From the human T2T-CHM13v2.0 reference genome, Homo sapiens: a stretch of DNA of 64,000 bases. The notes under the pieces were generated by a model. It did not search any database, was not told the origin of the DNA, and worked only from the letters and a program-made list of their open reading frames with translations. This document shows positions 40,121 to 53,475 of the stretch, in pieces. The first letter of the stretch is position 1; each line of letters opens with the position of its first letter. Made by a program: the position numbers and the translations under genes. The stretch lies in assembly GCF_009914755.1 (NCBI RefSeq), contig NC_060930.1; one strand, given 5' to 3'.

Positions 40121-41519
40121 AGAGTTAGTTTTTGATACTATGATTTTTATTATGAAGGATATACCAAGTATACCCATTATAGAATTCTCAAAGTTTTGGG
40201 AAATCTATTGGAAAGATGACTATTCCACTTGTAAAAAGGGACAAGGAGCATTTAAAAAGCAAATCAGGGAGTAAGAAATACAAATAATAAAAACAAAAAA
40301 TGCCTCATGTCATTAATAATCTACAAAATTAACATTTGTGAAATAAGGTATTTTTCAACTCTTGAAAGAAAAACCATTTTAAATAACTACAAATATCCAA
40401 AATTGAAGAGGGCATGGGAAAAAACAGGGATTACCATATGCTCCTGGTGAGAGGGTAAATGGTGAAACTTTGTGTTTTGTTCTCTGTGTTAAATGTTGGA
40501 GGTTTTTCCTCAAATGTGTTGGGATTTAATGCTGGTGTTCTTGGACACTGGCAATGGAAGAATTGGTGGTTAGTGAGGTGGGAGTTAGAACTATTCAGCC
40601 TTTAGCCTTTCATTTAATTGATTTCATTTTTCATCCAATGTCTTCATTTCAATGACTAAACCTAAGGTTTTCTGCTGCCATGGAGGCAGTAATCTGGGTG
40701 CCAGCGGGTTCCATGGCATACTGTGGACTGCACCAGTACTGCAGACCTCAATGTTCCTAGTCTTTCTGGGATTCTGAAGGATGGATCAGCTAGCTCCTTT
40801 TTAGTATTCTCCTTTGTAGGTCTTAGATTTCATCTTGCTCCAACAATTTGATTACCGCTCTTCCACCTGCTTTTCACATCTCTTGCCAGATAACTACCAG
40901 TAGTTCTAAGAAAATGTTAAAATTTGTTCAAATCTCTTGCCCACTGTTATCTTCTCTCAAATTCTCTTGTCCTTATGCTTTTATTCTTTTATTAGCATTA
41001 TTTTCTATTACTTTCATTTCTAGGGGGAGTGGAAGTAAATGGAAGAGTTCAATCTACCATGCTTGAGTGAAACCTGTTTCCTAAAATTACCACAAGGAAT
41101 ATGATTTAATTTAAAACTTTAAAAAGTTATTTTAATATGAATGCTGACTTTGGCAGATAAGACAAGCTCTCTCTATATATTTCTATATCCTATAATTAGT
41201 CCTGAATAAAACACAAGTAAATTGATTGCCTTACAATGCCCACTTCCCATATATTCAACAGAGCTCTATCAAGTGTGATATTTTTACAGTTCTTTTTCTG
41301 GTTATAGGTTTGATTCTTAATGTGCTGAACTGTTGTTTATATTTGATGCATGCAGGATGTCTGTAGAGTACTTGCATATTGAGGAACTGTCAGCACCTTC
41401 GGAAAGAAATCTTCAGGGCTAGATTCAGGGAATGTTTGTCTAGTTTTTATTTTTTAAAGTCCAAATTATGGATGTATTTATGAAATAAATAACTTCTTAA
41501 CCAAATTAGAAATATAAAA

Positions 41520-41795
41520 GCCAGGAGCAGTGGCTCGTGCCTGTAATCCCAGTTGTTTGAAAGACCAAGGTAGGAGGATCACTTGAGCCAAGACTGCCAG
41601 GCTGCCATGAGCTGTGATAAGGCCACTGCAGTTCAGCCTGCGTGAGAGAGTGAGACCTTGTTTCAAAAAGAAAGAAGGAAAGAAAGAAGAATGAAAGAAA
41701 GAAGAAAAGACAAAAAGAAAGAGAACAAAGAAAGAAAGAACAAGAAAGAAAAAAGAGAAAGAAATAAGAAAGGAAAAGAAAACAGAAAAGAAATG
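41520..41795 (+). mobile_element. Alu monomer (FRAM/AluJ right arm) with long (GAAA)n tail
   Basis: gccaggagcagtggctcgtgcctgtaatccc...gagtgagaccttgtttc; TSD agaaat(a/g)taaaa. Confidence 0.85.
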
Positions 41796-42295
41796 TAAAA
41801 AAGCCAGATAACTATTAGCAGTTCTAAGAAAATGTTAATTGTAATAATAATTATTTTGAAAAGTCCCCTGACCTATGTATGATGTTGCTGATTTGTTAGC
41901 TTGGGTCAGCTTTCACAGAACCTGAGTTGCATTACTTTGTTTCCTACAAAATTTAAAAATAGAAATTAAGTTGAACTAGTGTCATCTGATGTGTAAATGC
42001 CTACCTTATATATGTATTTGTCAGTTTTTATCTCTTCATGGACTATAATACAGGATTTTCAAAGAAAAGCTTGATCTTTTCTGCTCTATAATTGATTTCA
42101 TTTCCATTAAAAGAGAAAGGCACAGATAATAGATAGAATGAAAGCATGCAATCTATGTTATGTCAGTAAATCCTTGATTTCTATTAAAACCCCACCTAAA
42201 CTTGCAATTCCTTTGACACAGCATGTAGGAAGGCCTTTCTCCAGCTGCTGTTTTTGCTGATGAGAATGCCAAGTGTTTTTACAGATATGTCTTCA

Positions 42296-42359
42296 AAGAG
42301 AGAGAGAGAAGGACAAGAGATAGAGAGAGAGAAAGAGAGTGAGAGAAAGAAAGAGAGAG
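42296..42359. repeat. Imperfect (GA)n
   Basis: Direct inspection. Confidence 0.85.
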
Positions 42360-44267
42360 GTATGGGAATGCAATTACAGAAACTCTGCTTTTAAAATAAT
42401 TGGTTCAGAAAAGGTGAGTGATTTTATATTTACTAGATCACCATGAAAGGATGATTTTAAATGATGTTCATTAGCAATAAAGGATAATTTTATCTAATTT
42501 TAAAATATTAGTTTATATCTAATACATAATGTGTGAAATATCCATCATCTGCTTATGTGGTGCATTATCCTGTCATAATTTTTTCATTAAAAAAACTTTG
42601 CAATTTTAAACTTTGTACATTCTTTACATTCACCAGGAATTCAATTTATTTTTACACATCAATATTCCTGAGCTATACTCTGCAGACAAGTTGAATATAG
42701 AGGCACTTAATGTGTACATATTATTTATTTTCAGGTATATTTCATTTTTATATGTAATAAGGTAACAAGGGAGTAGTGTGGTGTTAAAAATATAAATTCT
42801 ATAGTTTGAAACATAAATTTCAAAAATTTTCCATTTTCAATTATAAAAATCCAAATAAGTTTCATTACTCCTGCTTCTCATACTACCCACGTTTCAAAGA
42901 ACTTTCTCCTTATATACAAGGGGTGCTGGTTTGCACCAATATTCATATTCGTGAACATATTATTAACATTAATAGTCTTTGATGAGGATTAGCACATAAA
43001 AACTTCTAACTTCACACTTGGGATTTTGGAAGTATTTATTGTTTATTTCTATATTCTGTGGGAGTTTACAATCAGAGTTATAACTTAGTACAGTTATGGC
43101 ACAATAAATAAAAACCTTAACAAACAGTAAAAGGAAATAACAATGTTCCCCATTACTGGTTTTCTCTCTTCTCTTCCTTTTCTGTCTTTCTCTACCTCTT
43201 CTCTTTCTCCCATCCTCCTTCTCCCTCTCTTCCTTTTTTTTGATAATAGTAAACACAGCAAATTGAGTTCACAGCTATTTGAGATTGGACGATCTTTCTT
43301 ATTCATCACTTTCTAAGTTAGATTATACATCTGTTCTTCAAAGCATCAAATTGTTACAAAACTGTGTATAAAAAATAAAACTGCCTTTGAGGCCGGGTGA
43401 TACATTTTTAGTGTTCTTGAATATAGGTGTAAATTGAAATGGAATAAAACAAGTAAGAGCAAACAGGGTAAGAATTAAAAACACTTTATCTTTGTTCTTT
43501 CATTTCCTTTACTACGGAGTACAATCAATACTTTACAACAGGGTTAATACACTGTCTTCAAACATGTTATTATTCTCACACAAGAGCACAATAACTTTAT
43601 TAGTTATGCTGTCTGCAATCTTCCAAAGTGACAGAACTGAGTGGGCGTGCTGATTGCAAGCAATTCTTGGTGCCCTCTGTTGGAGTATTTTCAGTGTACA
43701 CCAACAATAGCAACAAGCACAATACAGCTGCAGGTAATTTTAATGGTGGGAGTTCTAATTTTAATTAGCATAATTAACAGAAACAAATAAAAGAGAGGTT
43801 TACCCTTTCTACTCATTGGTTATTGAATATTCAGATCTTACATCTGCTCTCCATTCAAGGGAAACCTGAGTTACATTACTTTGTTTAAAAGCAGTCTTAA
43901 TTCATTTGAAGATAATAACTAACTCCCAGATATTTTAGCAGAGTTCAGTGTAACTTTTTGTAACATTCATACATGCGTTGTTGTGTTTCCAAAAATATAT
44001 TTAAAATAAAAGTGAAATTATTATTTGAGCAACTTGTAAGATCTCATTACTAAAATATATATTTCAACTTGTGTTTTACAGATGAAAGCAGAATAGCCTT
44101 TCTCTCTGATGATTATTATTACCATTACTACCAAATGACTAATATTAAAAAGTATTACAAGTATAGCAAGTGAAATCAAATACTGTGAATTAAACATCAA
44201 TGGTGTATGTAACATCATATTAGATAATTCATCACTGATTTCAAATGAAAAAAAAAGGAAATAAATT

Positions 44268-44720
44268 TGTTATGTGTTGAATTGTGTCACCAAAAAAGAT
44301 ATGCTGAAGTCCTAACCTTGATACCTACTAATGTGACCATATTTGGAAACAGGATCTTTGCAGATGTATTCAAGTTAAGATGAGGTTGTATTGATTACAG
44401 GAGACCCTGATCCCAATGCTAGAGTCCTTATAAGGATAAAAAACAGACACAGAGACATAGGAATAAGGCTATGAATAGACGGAGACAGAGATTAGAGTTA
44501 TTTTACCGCAAGCCAAGGAAACCCAAGGATAGCCAACTACCACCAGAATCTAGGAAGGGGCAAGAAAGGACTGTCCCCTACAGCCTTCAGAGGTAACATG
44601 GCCCTGCTGACTTCTTGATTTTAGACTTCTAGCCTCCAGAGCTATGAAACAATAAATTTCTGTTGTTATAAGCCACAAAATTTGTGGTATTTGTTATGGA
44701 ATACCTAGAAAACTAGTAAA
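44268..44720 (+). mobile_element. MLT1C-like solo LTR (MaLR)
   Basis: tgttatgtgttgaattgtgtc...atttggaaacaggatctttgcagatg...gacttctagcctccaga...aataaatttctgttg. Confidence 0.85.
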
Positions 44721-45005
44721 GTATCCTCTGGCCAAGTGAGATTACTCCTACCCAAGAAAGATTCTGTTGTATATTAAGGTCCTTAGAGCCCTAATACTAC
44801 ACAATTTTGCTGGGTGTGCAGGCAATGCTGAGAGAACAGTTTGTAGAAGAGACATATCAACTACCTTTGTATAAGATTCAAGAGGATAACTACCCAGCAC
44901 CCAATTATTAAAGTTAATAAATGATACCACAATAAGAGGGCTCATCCCGACTTTCCTCAAATACTGAGATTCAGAAAAGACAAATTGCAACATGTGCATC
45001 ATCAC

Positions 45006-45381
45006 TGATATGGTTTGGATGTGTGTCGCCTTCAAATCGCATATTGAAATATGATCTCCATTGTTGGAGATGGGCCTAGTGGGAGGTGTTAGGGTTTTGA
45101 GGGCAGATCCCTCATGAATGGCTTGGTGTCCTCCCTTTGGTAATGAGTTCAGGTGAGAGCTGGTTGTTTGGTACTTCTCTTGCTCCCTCTCTTCCCATGT
45201 GACACATCTGCTCCCCCTTGGCCTTCCACCATGAGTAAAAGCTTTCTGGGCCTCACCAGAAGCCAAGGAGATGCTGGTGCCATGCTTGTACAACCTGCAG
45301 AACCATAAGCCAAATAAACCTCTTGTCTTTATAAATTATCCAGTCTTAGATATTCCTTGGCAATGCAAACAGACTAACACA
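45006..45381 (+). mobile_element. MSTB-like solo LTR (MaLR)
   Basis: TG...CA termini (tgatatggtttggat...actaacaca) with perfect 5-bp TSD ATCAC. Confidence 0.9.
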
Positions 45382-45627
45382 ATCACCTTATCAACTACTT
45401 AGCACAGCTGGTGTTCTCTTTTAAAAGCATTCTTTGAGCAATTATCAAAGTAGAGAATCATCAAATATAAAACAGACCATTGAGTGAAAGCTTCAAATAA
45501 TTTTAGGGCTGGAAATCTTAGTACCAATGTTGTTAACTTATTAACCTGCTTGGCCTTTTTCCGTAGCGGTTGCTCTTTTGCATTCTTACCCTGGCCTGTT
45601 ACAATCCAGAGTTGGCTTGCAGTGTTA

Positions 45628-45706
45628 TCAGGTTGGTGCAAAAGTAATTGGGGTTTTGTCATTACTTTTAATGGCAAAAACCACAATTACTTTTGCAGCA
45701 ACCTAC
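45628..45706. mobile_element. MADE1 (Hsmar1 mariner MITE)
   Basis: ~80-bp palindrome aggttggtgcaaaagtaattg...caattacttttgcagcaacct. Confidence 0.93.
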
Positions 45707-46299
45707 TTGTAACTACTAGGAATTCCCTAATATTGAGAAGCAAAACATAGATGATCCAGAGAGGACCATGGATTAGACTGAGAGAATAGGGGAAGAAGAT
45801 AGAAACAGAAACTTATAATTAAAAGATGGTACACTACTTCAAGGAGAGGGAATCAACATTGGAAAAAAGCAGGAGAAAGAAAGAATCAGAAACAGTGTCC
45901 TGGAAAAATAGGAGAGATTGAAACTATATTAGCAGCAGAAAAAAAAAATCAACCTAAACTGCATTTGAGAGCAATATTTTAGAATAATATATAGGATTAT
46001 AACTTCACAAATATCTTCAAGAAAGTGATCATTTAATTCCAAACAATTTAATAATTATGTAGATGTAGTTTATTTTTAAAAATCAGATGTGTTATTGGAG
46101 AGGTATAAAATAGAGGAGAATTGATGTTTAGAGGTCACAACACTATTTGAAATTAGTGTTTTACATATACTTGTCAAATCTCAGGATTTGTAGGTTCACT
46201 ATGTTGTTTCTCTTTAGACATTGTTAGGAGGAGCTTCTGTGATATTTAACTCATGAGTGTTTATAAAATAATCAATTTCGCAAACTATTATCTGAATTT

Positions 46300-46337
46300 T
46301 GTGTGTGTGCTGTGTGTGTGTGTATGCGTGTGTGTGA
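46300..46337. repeat. Imperfect (TG)n
   Basis: Direct inspection. Confidence 0.85.
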
Positions 46338-46973
46338 TAATATCCACCAATAAGCAATACAGCACCTTTTTTGCAGAAAGCCTTATTTGCTCAAATAATG
46401 TTCACACTCAATTACTCATGTGATGGGAACAAGCTTATCTGCCTTTGTGAACAGATAAGAGGCACAAAGTATGCAAGAAGAGAATGGAGTGGGAGAAACA
46501 TTTTACAGTTTCTGCTGTCAGTAAGTTATTTTAAAAAACATAAACATTGTTATTACGAGACCATTTCATCCCTGTTTGCTTTTCTACCAGCTATGCTGTT
46601 TTCCTGTTTGTTCCAATTATTTTCCATTTTCTACATTTTGACAGTTAACTAAACCCCCAAAATCATTAAGTTTCTAAAATGCTGTTAGCCTGGAAAATGT
46701 ATATTCTCTCGACCCACATTGATCTATTCTACCTCATCTCCCCCTTTTAGTCGTTTTTTTCCTGCTTCCTAGAAAACTGTCCATCACGTCAGAATTCTTC
46801 CTGCTATGTATAATTCCATAAGGTAAGGGCATATCTCTTAATTTTATGATAAACAAATCAGGAATGTGGGGTGATGAGGGATGAGAAATCTTAGATTTAA
46901 TTAAAATCTCCTTGAATTCCTCTACATTATAGGGATATAAAATATTCCTTTGGAAGCACATGCCATATATATA

Positions 46974-47286
46974 TTTCTTTTTTTTTCTTTTCTTTCTTTT
47001 TATTTTTGAGACAGGGTCTCACTCTGTCTCCCAGGCTGCAGTGGCACGATCACAGCTCACTGCAGCCTCAGCCTCCCCAGTTGAAATGATCTTCCTACCT
47101 CAGCCTCCCAAGTAACTGGGACTACAGGCACATGACACCATGCCCGGCTAATTTTTTTTTTCTTTATTTTTTGTAGAGATGGGGTTTTGCCATGTTGCCC
47201 AGGCTGGTCTTAAAATCCTGGCTCAAGTGATCCGCCTGCCTTAGCCTCCCAGATTGCTGGGATTACAGGTCTGAGCCACCACACCC
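46974..47286 (-). mobile_element. AluJ element
   Basis: gagacagggtctcactctg...gatcacagctcactgcagcctc...ccatgttgcccaggctgg. Confidence 0.92.
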
Positions 47287-48550
47287 TAAATTTTTTTAAA
47301 AAGATAGGCATGAAAGGGGCTGGCCAAGGCCAGCACCTTTGACATTGTTAATTTCTTTCAGTTCCTTTTTTGAACAATAGTACTTGATACGTTTGTCTAG
47401 TTTCTAAAAGGGTTTGAACAACTGTTTTCTGTTTAAATGCAAAACACATTAATCTCTTATCAACTAATATTTTAATGGAGATTATCTATGAAGATCACTC
47501 CAAGTGCAGGCCTTGGGGAAAAGAGATAGAGCTCTTAGAATGCAGGGAACCTGGGAGGTTAGAGAGCCTCAAAGGGAAGGAAGGTGAGGTGGGAGGCACT
47601 AAGGCCAAACTGCCACATTTTGATGACCCTGCCAAGCAAATATGCTAGAAATGTCCCGTTATCCAAATCTTTGCCACAGTTTCCTTAATATTAATGCTTA
47701 TTTCCCACCTGTTGCTATCATTTAGTTTTTTTCCATCTGATTTGTGAGCACAGGCAGGTTCCCTTGTTTCATGTCAGGGTCAGGTACTTTTGTTCTGACA
47801 CTGTTGAAAGCCTATACTTGTTCTGGACTCAGATATATTAAACAAATTTGCTAATTGGAAATGTGATATGAAAACATGTCATAAGGATTTGTGTCCTCCT
47901 TTTGAGTTTTGTTGTACTTTGAATTCTCTAAATGATTTATTTTCTTTTTCTGAGTTCAGTTATCGTTTCTCTAGCACACCAACCATTCCGTTGCTTCCCT
48001 CAATAACTTCTACACAATAACATTAATTTTACTAACCTCTCTTTGGTTACTTCGTTTCTTTTCACTAATTTTTTATGTTTAATTTTTTTTTCCTCAGTAA
48101 GCCCATATTCTTTACATCCTTCTACAGGGTGTACAAATTACCACCAATCAAGACCAGCCTTCTGCTCATTCTTGTTTATCTCTCTCTTTTTTTTTTTCGA
48201 GCTGCCTATAATCCTCTCTGGTTTTCTTTCTAAACTACACCCAGTCTTCGCAGTTGGCTCTCAGTGATTGTTAAGAGCTTCCTCTTCTTTGCTCTGATAT
48301 CTATCACCTCCTTGTCTTTAATTTTCTTGACAGTTCCCTTTTTTTTCCTAATCCACTAATCTCCCATTCTCCAGTGATTTTGTTCTCTCAAACTGTTATA
48401 TTTACTCAACTCATTTCTACATTATTCTACATTATAAAGAAATATCCTTTATATCTAAGATCCTTCAAACTCTTTGGACACATCCTAAACTTTCCTTTAA
48501 ATATACATGTTATTGATTTTGGTAATTAACGATGTATATGTGCACCTATT

Positions 48551-48720
48551 GTTTGTTTTTTGTTTTTTGTTTTTGAGACGGGGTCTCACTCTGTCACGAA
48601 GGCTGGAGTTTCGTGGCACCATCAAAAATCACTGTGGCCTCCAACCTTGGAGCTCAAGCGATCTTCCCAACTCAGCCTCCCAAGGAGCTGGGACTACAGG
48701 CATGAGGCACTCTGCCCAGC
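48551..48720 (-). mobile_element. Alu monomer (FRAM/AluJ fragment)
   Basis: gagacggggtctcactctgtc...gctcaagcgatcttccc...gctgggactacaggc. Confidence 0.82.
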
Positions 48721-49589
48721 AGTGCCTGTTTTTAAAGCATGATCAGTCTAAAGAGAATTGGCAATATCTACACCTGTAAAGTGTAAAATTAGGAAAACAA
48801 CTCAAAATTGTTATAAATGTACAATAAATACTGCTCATTCAATAACGGCTAACAACAGACTCATTGTTGAAACTGCAAGTGTTGAGGATTTTAGTAACTT
48901 GATTATGTAAATGAGATAAAGCCTTGTTTATAGATATACAAATTTAACAGGTAATTATTAATGTTTTGTTGTATATATGAGTGTGCTCCTGTGTGATGTA
49001 AAAACAGAGACATGTTTGAGAAACTATGAATACCTTGTACAAACAATTTAGTTGCTTTATCTTAGAATTTTTTGTTTTACTGTGCCTTCTTTCGGCTCAA
49101 AAGGAATTATTGCCTAAGTCAGTGATTATCTGGGCAACAGAATTAATGTTCTAGCTACAGCATTGCACTATTTCACAGGATCTATTGATTACTTTTTAAA
49201 AATTTTTCTCATCTGTCCTGTTCTCATTATTCTACTATTATTATTTTAGTTTGGGCCTTATTTAACAATTAACTAAATAATTACATTTGCCCCCAAATGG
49301 TATCCCTGCCATCTATATTCTCTCTCTCTCCCTCTCCACTCATCACCTGTCTACCAATATATTTATTGTCTACTACTTTCCATGTTCCTCATTAATTTCT
49401 GGTATTAGTAAACTGATACCAAATGTTGCCTCCCTTAAGAAACTGACAGCCTAGTCCGGTTTACTACTGTTCCGTAGAACCTTGCATCTTTCTTCTTTAA
49501 AAATCTTTAACACCTTTCAGTGGCTTTTAGAAAAGGGTTCACATTTTTCAGAGCTTTTGACACTCTTTACCTTTTGACACAATATATTA

Positions 49590-49750
49590 TTATTATTTGG
49601 GGGAACAGCAGGAACCAGGGATGATTAATTTCCTACAATGTGCAGGGCAGTTCTATATAACAAAATTATTTGTCCCACATTTTACATGACTTTCAAATGC
49701 CCCACAAAATGTTCAAAGACATGAGAATCTCATCTGAACTCAGAGCTCAA
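49590..49750 (+). mobile_element. MER20B-like hAT fragment
   Basis: ccagggatg...tcctacaatgtgcagggcagt...aacaaaattatttgtccc...catgactttcaaatgccc. Confidence 0.5.
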
Positions 49751-49771
49751 CTCTGTTTTTTTATAATGTAC

Positions 49772-49827
49772 AAAGCTTTGATTTTATTTATTTTTTGGAA
49801 AAGCTTTGATTTTATTTATTTTTTGGA
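49772..49827. repeat. Perfect 2 x 28-bp tandem duplication
   Basis: AAAGCTTTGATTTTATTTATTTTTTGGA at 49772-49799 and 49800-49827. Confidence 0.95.
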
Positions 49828-50002
49828 ATCATTTTAATATGCACTGATTTTGATGCTAATTTCAACCCACCTAATTCCTTGCCCAACTGATAGATCCATC
49901 TTCTATTTTTAAACTTTAGGAAGTAGAATAGGTCAGTGAAGAGCATTGTGATAAAAACCCAGGGTATTCCCACACTGTTGCCCTCTGAACAATTTTTTAG
50001 GA

Positions 50003-50040
50003 TGTGAGTGTGTGTGTGTGTTTGTGCATGTGTGTGTGTG
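50003..50040. repeat. Imperfect (TG)n
   Basis: Direct inspection. Confidence 0.85.
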
Positions 50041-50705
50041 AAGGCGACTTTCGCTTGGATAGGATGCCACTCCATAAAACAGTTAGAGAATAAAATAAAA
50101 AGAGTACAGTTGGAGTCCTGTTCTTGCTCTGCTTACCCCCATTATCTTGTGACACACAGTACCTGTTCCAAATCCCCACTCAGAATTCTTAACCCAGTAT
50201 CTCAGGAGTAAATTCTGGCACTAAAGGGGTTCTTTCCTTCTGAGGAGCTAAGAAAAACAGATGGAGAAAATCTGACCTCAAGCAGATGTGTCTCTGCCCC
50301 TCATTCTCCAAATTCTTGGGAGAGTGTTACTCAGTCTTACTGCACAGTGACATTATCAATGGAACTTTAAGAAATACTAATGCCTAGGTCTCATTCTAAT
50401 GGCTTCTGATTTAATTGCTTTAGGGTATGCCCTGGTGATTCTGAAATGGTTCTCTCACAACCTAGGACTAGGGACTTATAATCTAAGGTGTATGTCCTCC
50501 AAATGCTGATTCTACATAGGGCAGTAAAGAGTGGAAAGTGAAGACTTGACCTGTGATTTTGGTGGTGGGGAAGAGAAAGGCTATTTTGGTATTTCTGGCT
50601 CTTTATCTTAAGAGTCATCAATCCTCTACTTGCACTGTCAGACACATTGGGCTGACACATTCGAAAATACACATTGCCTGACCGTGTGGCTGATACTCCT
50701 AGAGA

Positions 50706-50880
50706 AGCGGTTTCTAAATTTTATAGCCCATTGGAATCACTTGGACATCTTTAACAAACACTGATACCCGGCTCCTACTCCTAGACATGCCGATTTAATT
50801 TCTATGGAGTGGCACCTGGCTTTAGGATTTTTAAAAAGTTGTGCAGCTTGTTCTAATGAGCAGCAAAGATTGGGACCCAG
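50706..50880. mobile_element. MER5B-like hAT MITE (a second degenerate copy at ~50325-50478)
   Basis: cattggaatcacttgg...aacactgatacccggctcc...gatttaatt...ggatttttaaaaag...ttctaatgagcagc. Confidence 0.65.
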
Positions 50881-52527
50881 TCCCAGTGAAAAAAAGCTCG
50901 TAGAACAATACAACAGGACATTTAAGGAGCACAGCCATTTCAAAACAATATTCTGTTAAAAATTATAGATGTCCATATAGCTGAAATAGTAAGACAGATT
51001 GTGAATTTAAAACTAGGGAAGATATTTGAAAGATTAAAAAAAGGAGTGGATAGCCAAATTCATACCATATACACATATGAAGGTTTCCAGGTCAGAAGAC
51101 CAACAAAGAATCTAAAGTAAGACAGACATTAGGTTTTTCAACAGTAAATACTATATGCAAGAAGATGACAAAGGGATATTTTATAAGTTCTGAAGGAAAA
51201 TAATTTAAAATATAGAATTTCCCATCAAGCCAAACAGTCTTCAAATATGTCAGCATAAGGAAAGGTTTTGGAAGCATAGAAAGTCCCAAGAGGTTTGCCA
51301 TGCAGAAACTCACATAGACAACAGTTTTGGATAAAGTCAGAGGAAAGAAAAATCCAAGAGATGCTGCAAAAGATATCTGTATAAAAGGTGATTGAATATA
51401 TTGGCAAAGTTTGTTCTTGTCTTGGCCATTTATTTAAAGTCAAATAAAAAGAGGAAAAATATTCATAATAATCCACAATTAAAAGTCTGGAAAAAAAAAG
51501 TCATGGGGATTTTTGTGGAGAACTAAGGAACTTAAGAATTGGCCAATTTCTTGCCTTAATAGGGAGTAACTTTTTTTTTAGGAGACAGCATTAAAAAGAA
51601 ATAGAAAAGGTAAACATAAACAAAAAATAAGTTAAGGTTGGAGAAACATGTCCAAGTATACCAGTAATAATGATTAATGTAAGTAGACTAGATTCACCAA
51701 TGTAAAGTCCAATATTGAAAAACTGAGTATTAAAAAAAGCCAGATACATATTGTTTAAAAAGTATGTGGACTTCACTTGTGCCCAACATGGAGCAACAGA
51801 AACCAGATTTACCCTTATATCTGAAACAACTGAGAAACTGGGTAAATATAGGAAAGAACAGCTTTCAAGGCATTGGCATCAAGCAACACAGAACCGTGAT
51901 CCCTGGCAGACAGCAAACAAATGAGGTGAGCCCTCTGATTTTACTCAAGAGAATTTCCAGGCCATCAGAAGGGGAAACCCAAGTGGAGACCAGTGGACTC
52001 CCTGAGTGAAGGAGATGAAGCTAAGAATACAGGAAGAAGAATGCAGCTAAGGTTAACATGGCAACTCAAGCACCAAAGGAGAGAGAGCCACACAGAGATA
52101 AAACTCTGGACAACTACAGAAAAATTGCCCTTTAATATTCAGCAAATTACTGATCAGTGCATGTATTTGAAGGAAAAAACCTCAATCATAATTGAGGGAT
52201 CAATTATCAACTACCCAAAATGATTAAAGGAAACAGGACTCAGCACTCACCCAGAATGGGGGAAAGTGCTTGTTCCCCACGAGGCAGACTGGTAAACCAT
52301 ACAATTCACAGGGCTTTGGGTAAGGGATCTTGTCTTGGCAGTGGGGAGTAATTAACCCTAGACCAAACATGGTGCTGTTCTTGCTTAATAAGTCTTAAAA
52401 GCAGGACACCAAATGGTCAAACTGTTTCAAGTAACTTAACTGCATTTCAAAAAAACTCATGATACTTTTAGAATACAAAATATTCAACATCCAACAAGGT
52501 AGAATTAACGATTCCTGGCTTCTAATA

Positions 52528-52627
52528 GCATGAACCCAGGAGGCAGAGCTTGCAGTGAGCAGAGATTGCGCCACTGCACTCCAGCCTGGACAACAGAGTG
52601 AGACTCCATCTCAAAAAAAAAAAAAAA
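52528..52627 (+). mobile_element. 5'-truncated AluY fragment
   Basis: gcatgaacccaggaggcagagcttgcagtgag...ccatctc plus poly-A. Confidence 0.88.
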
Positions 52628-53161
52628 ATCAGTTCATCAAAATTGATCAATCAATCAGAACTGATAAACCAATCAGAATGGATAAAGATGTAGTAATTAC
52701 CAGACAAGAACATTAAAATACTTAAACTCTACATGCTAAAAATAGCAGAAGAAAGATTGAACATTATATTAAGAGAACTGGAAAATATAAGAGAACCAAA
52801 TAGAACTTTTAGGGATGAAAACTACAGTGTCAGAGATGAAAAACACACAAAGTAGTATTAACAGCAGACCAAGCACTGAAGAAAAAACCAAAAGTTTAGT
52901 GAATTTATAGGCTTAGCAATATAAATTATCCAAAATGAAAGAAGTAGAAAAAAAGATTTAAAAAGAAAATGAACCGTGTGTTAGTTAGCTCTGAGACAAT
53001 TTCAAGTTTCCTAATGCACATGTAATTGTAGTCTCTGAAGGAGCAGGAGCAGAGAAATGGTTGAAGAAACAATGGCCTAAAATTTTCCAAATCTAATGAA
53101 AGCTGCAAACCCACAAGTTCAAAGGAAAGCAATGAACTCGAAGTATAAGAGACATAAACCT

Positions 53162-53475
<314 letters not shown>

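Noticed and set aside
44748-45293. 181-aa ORF
   Set aside because: Begins in antisense MST LTR sequence; no coding features.
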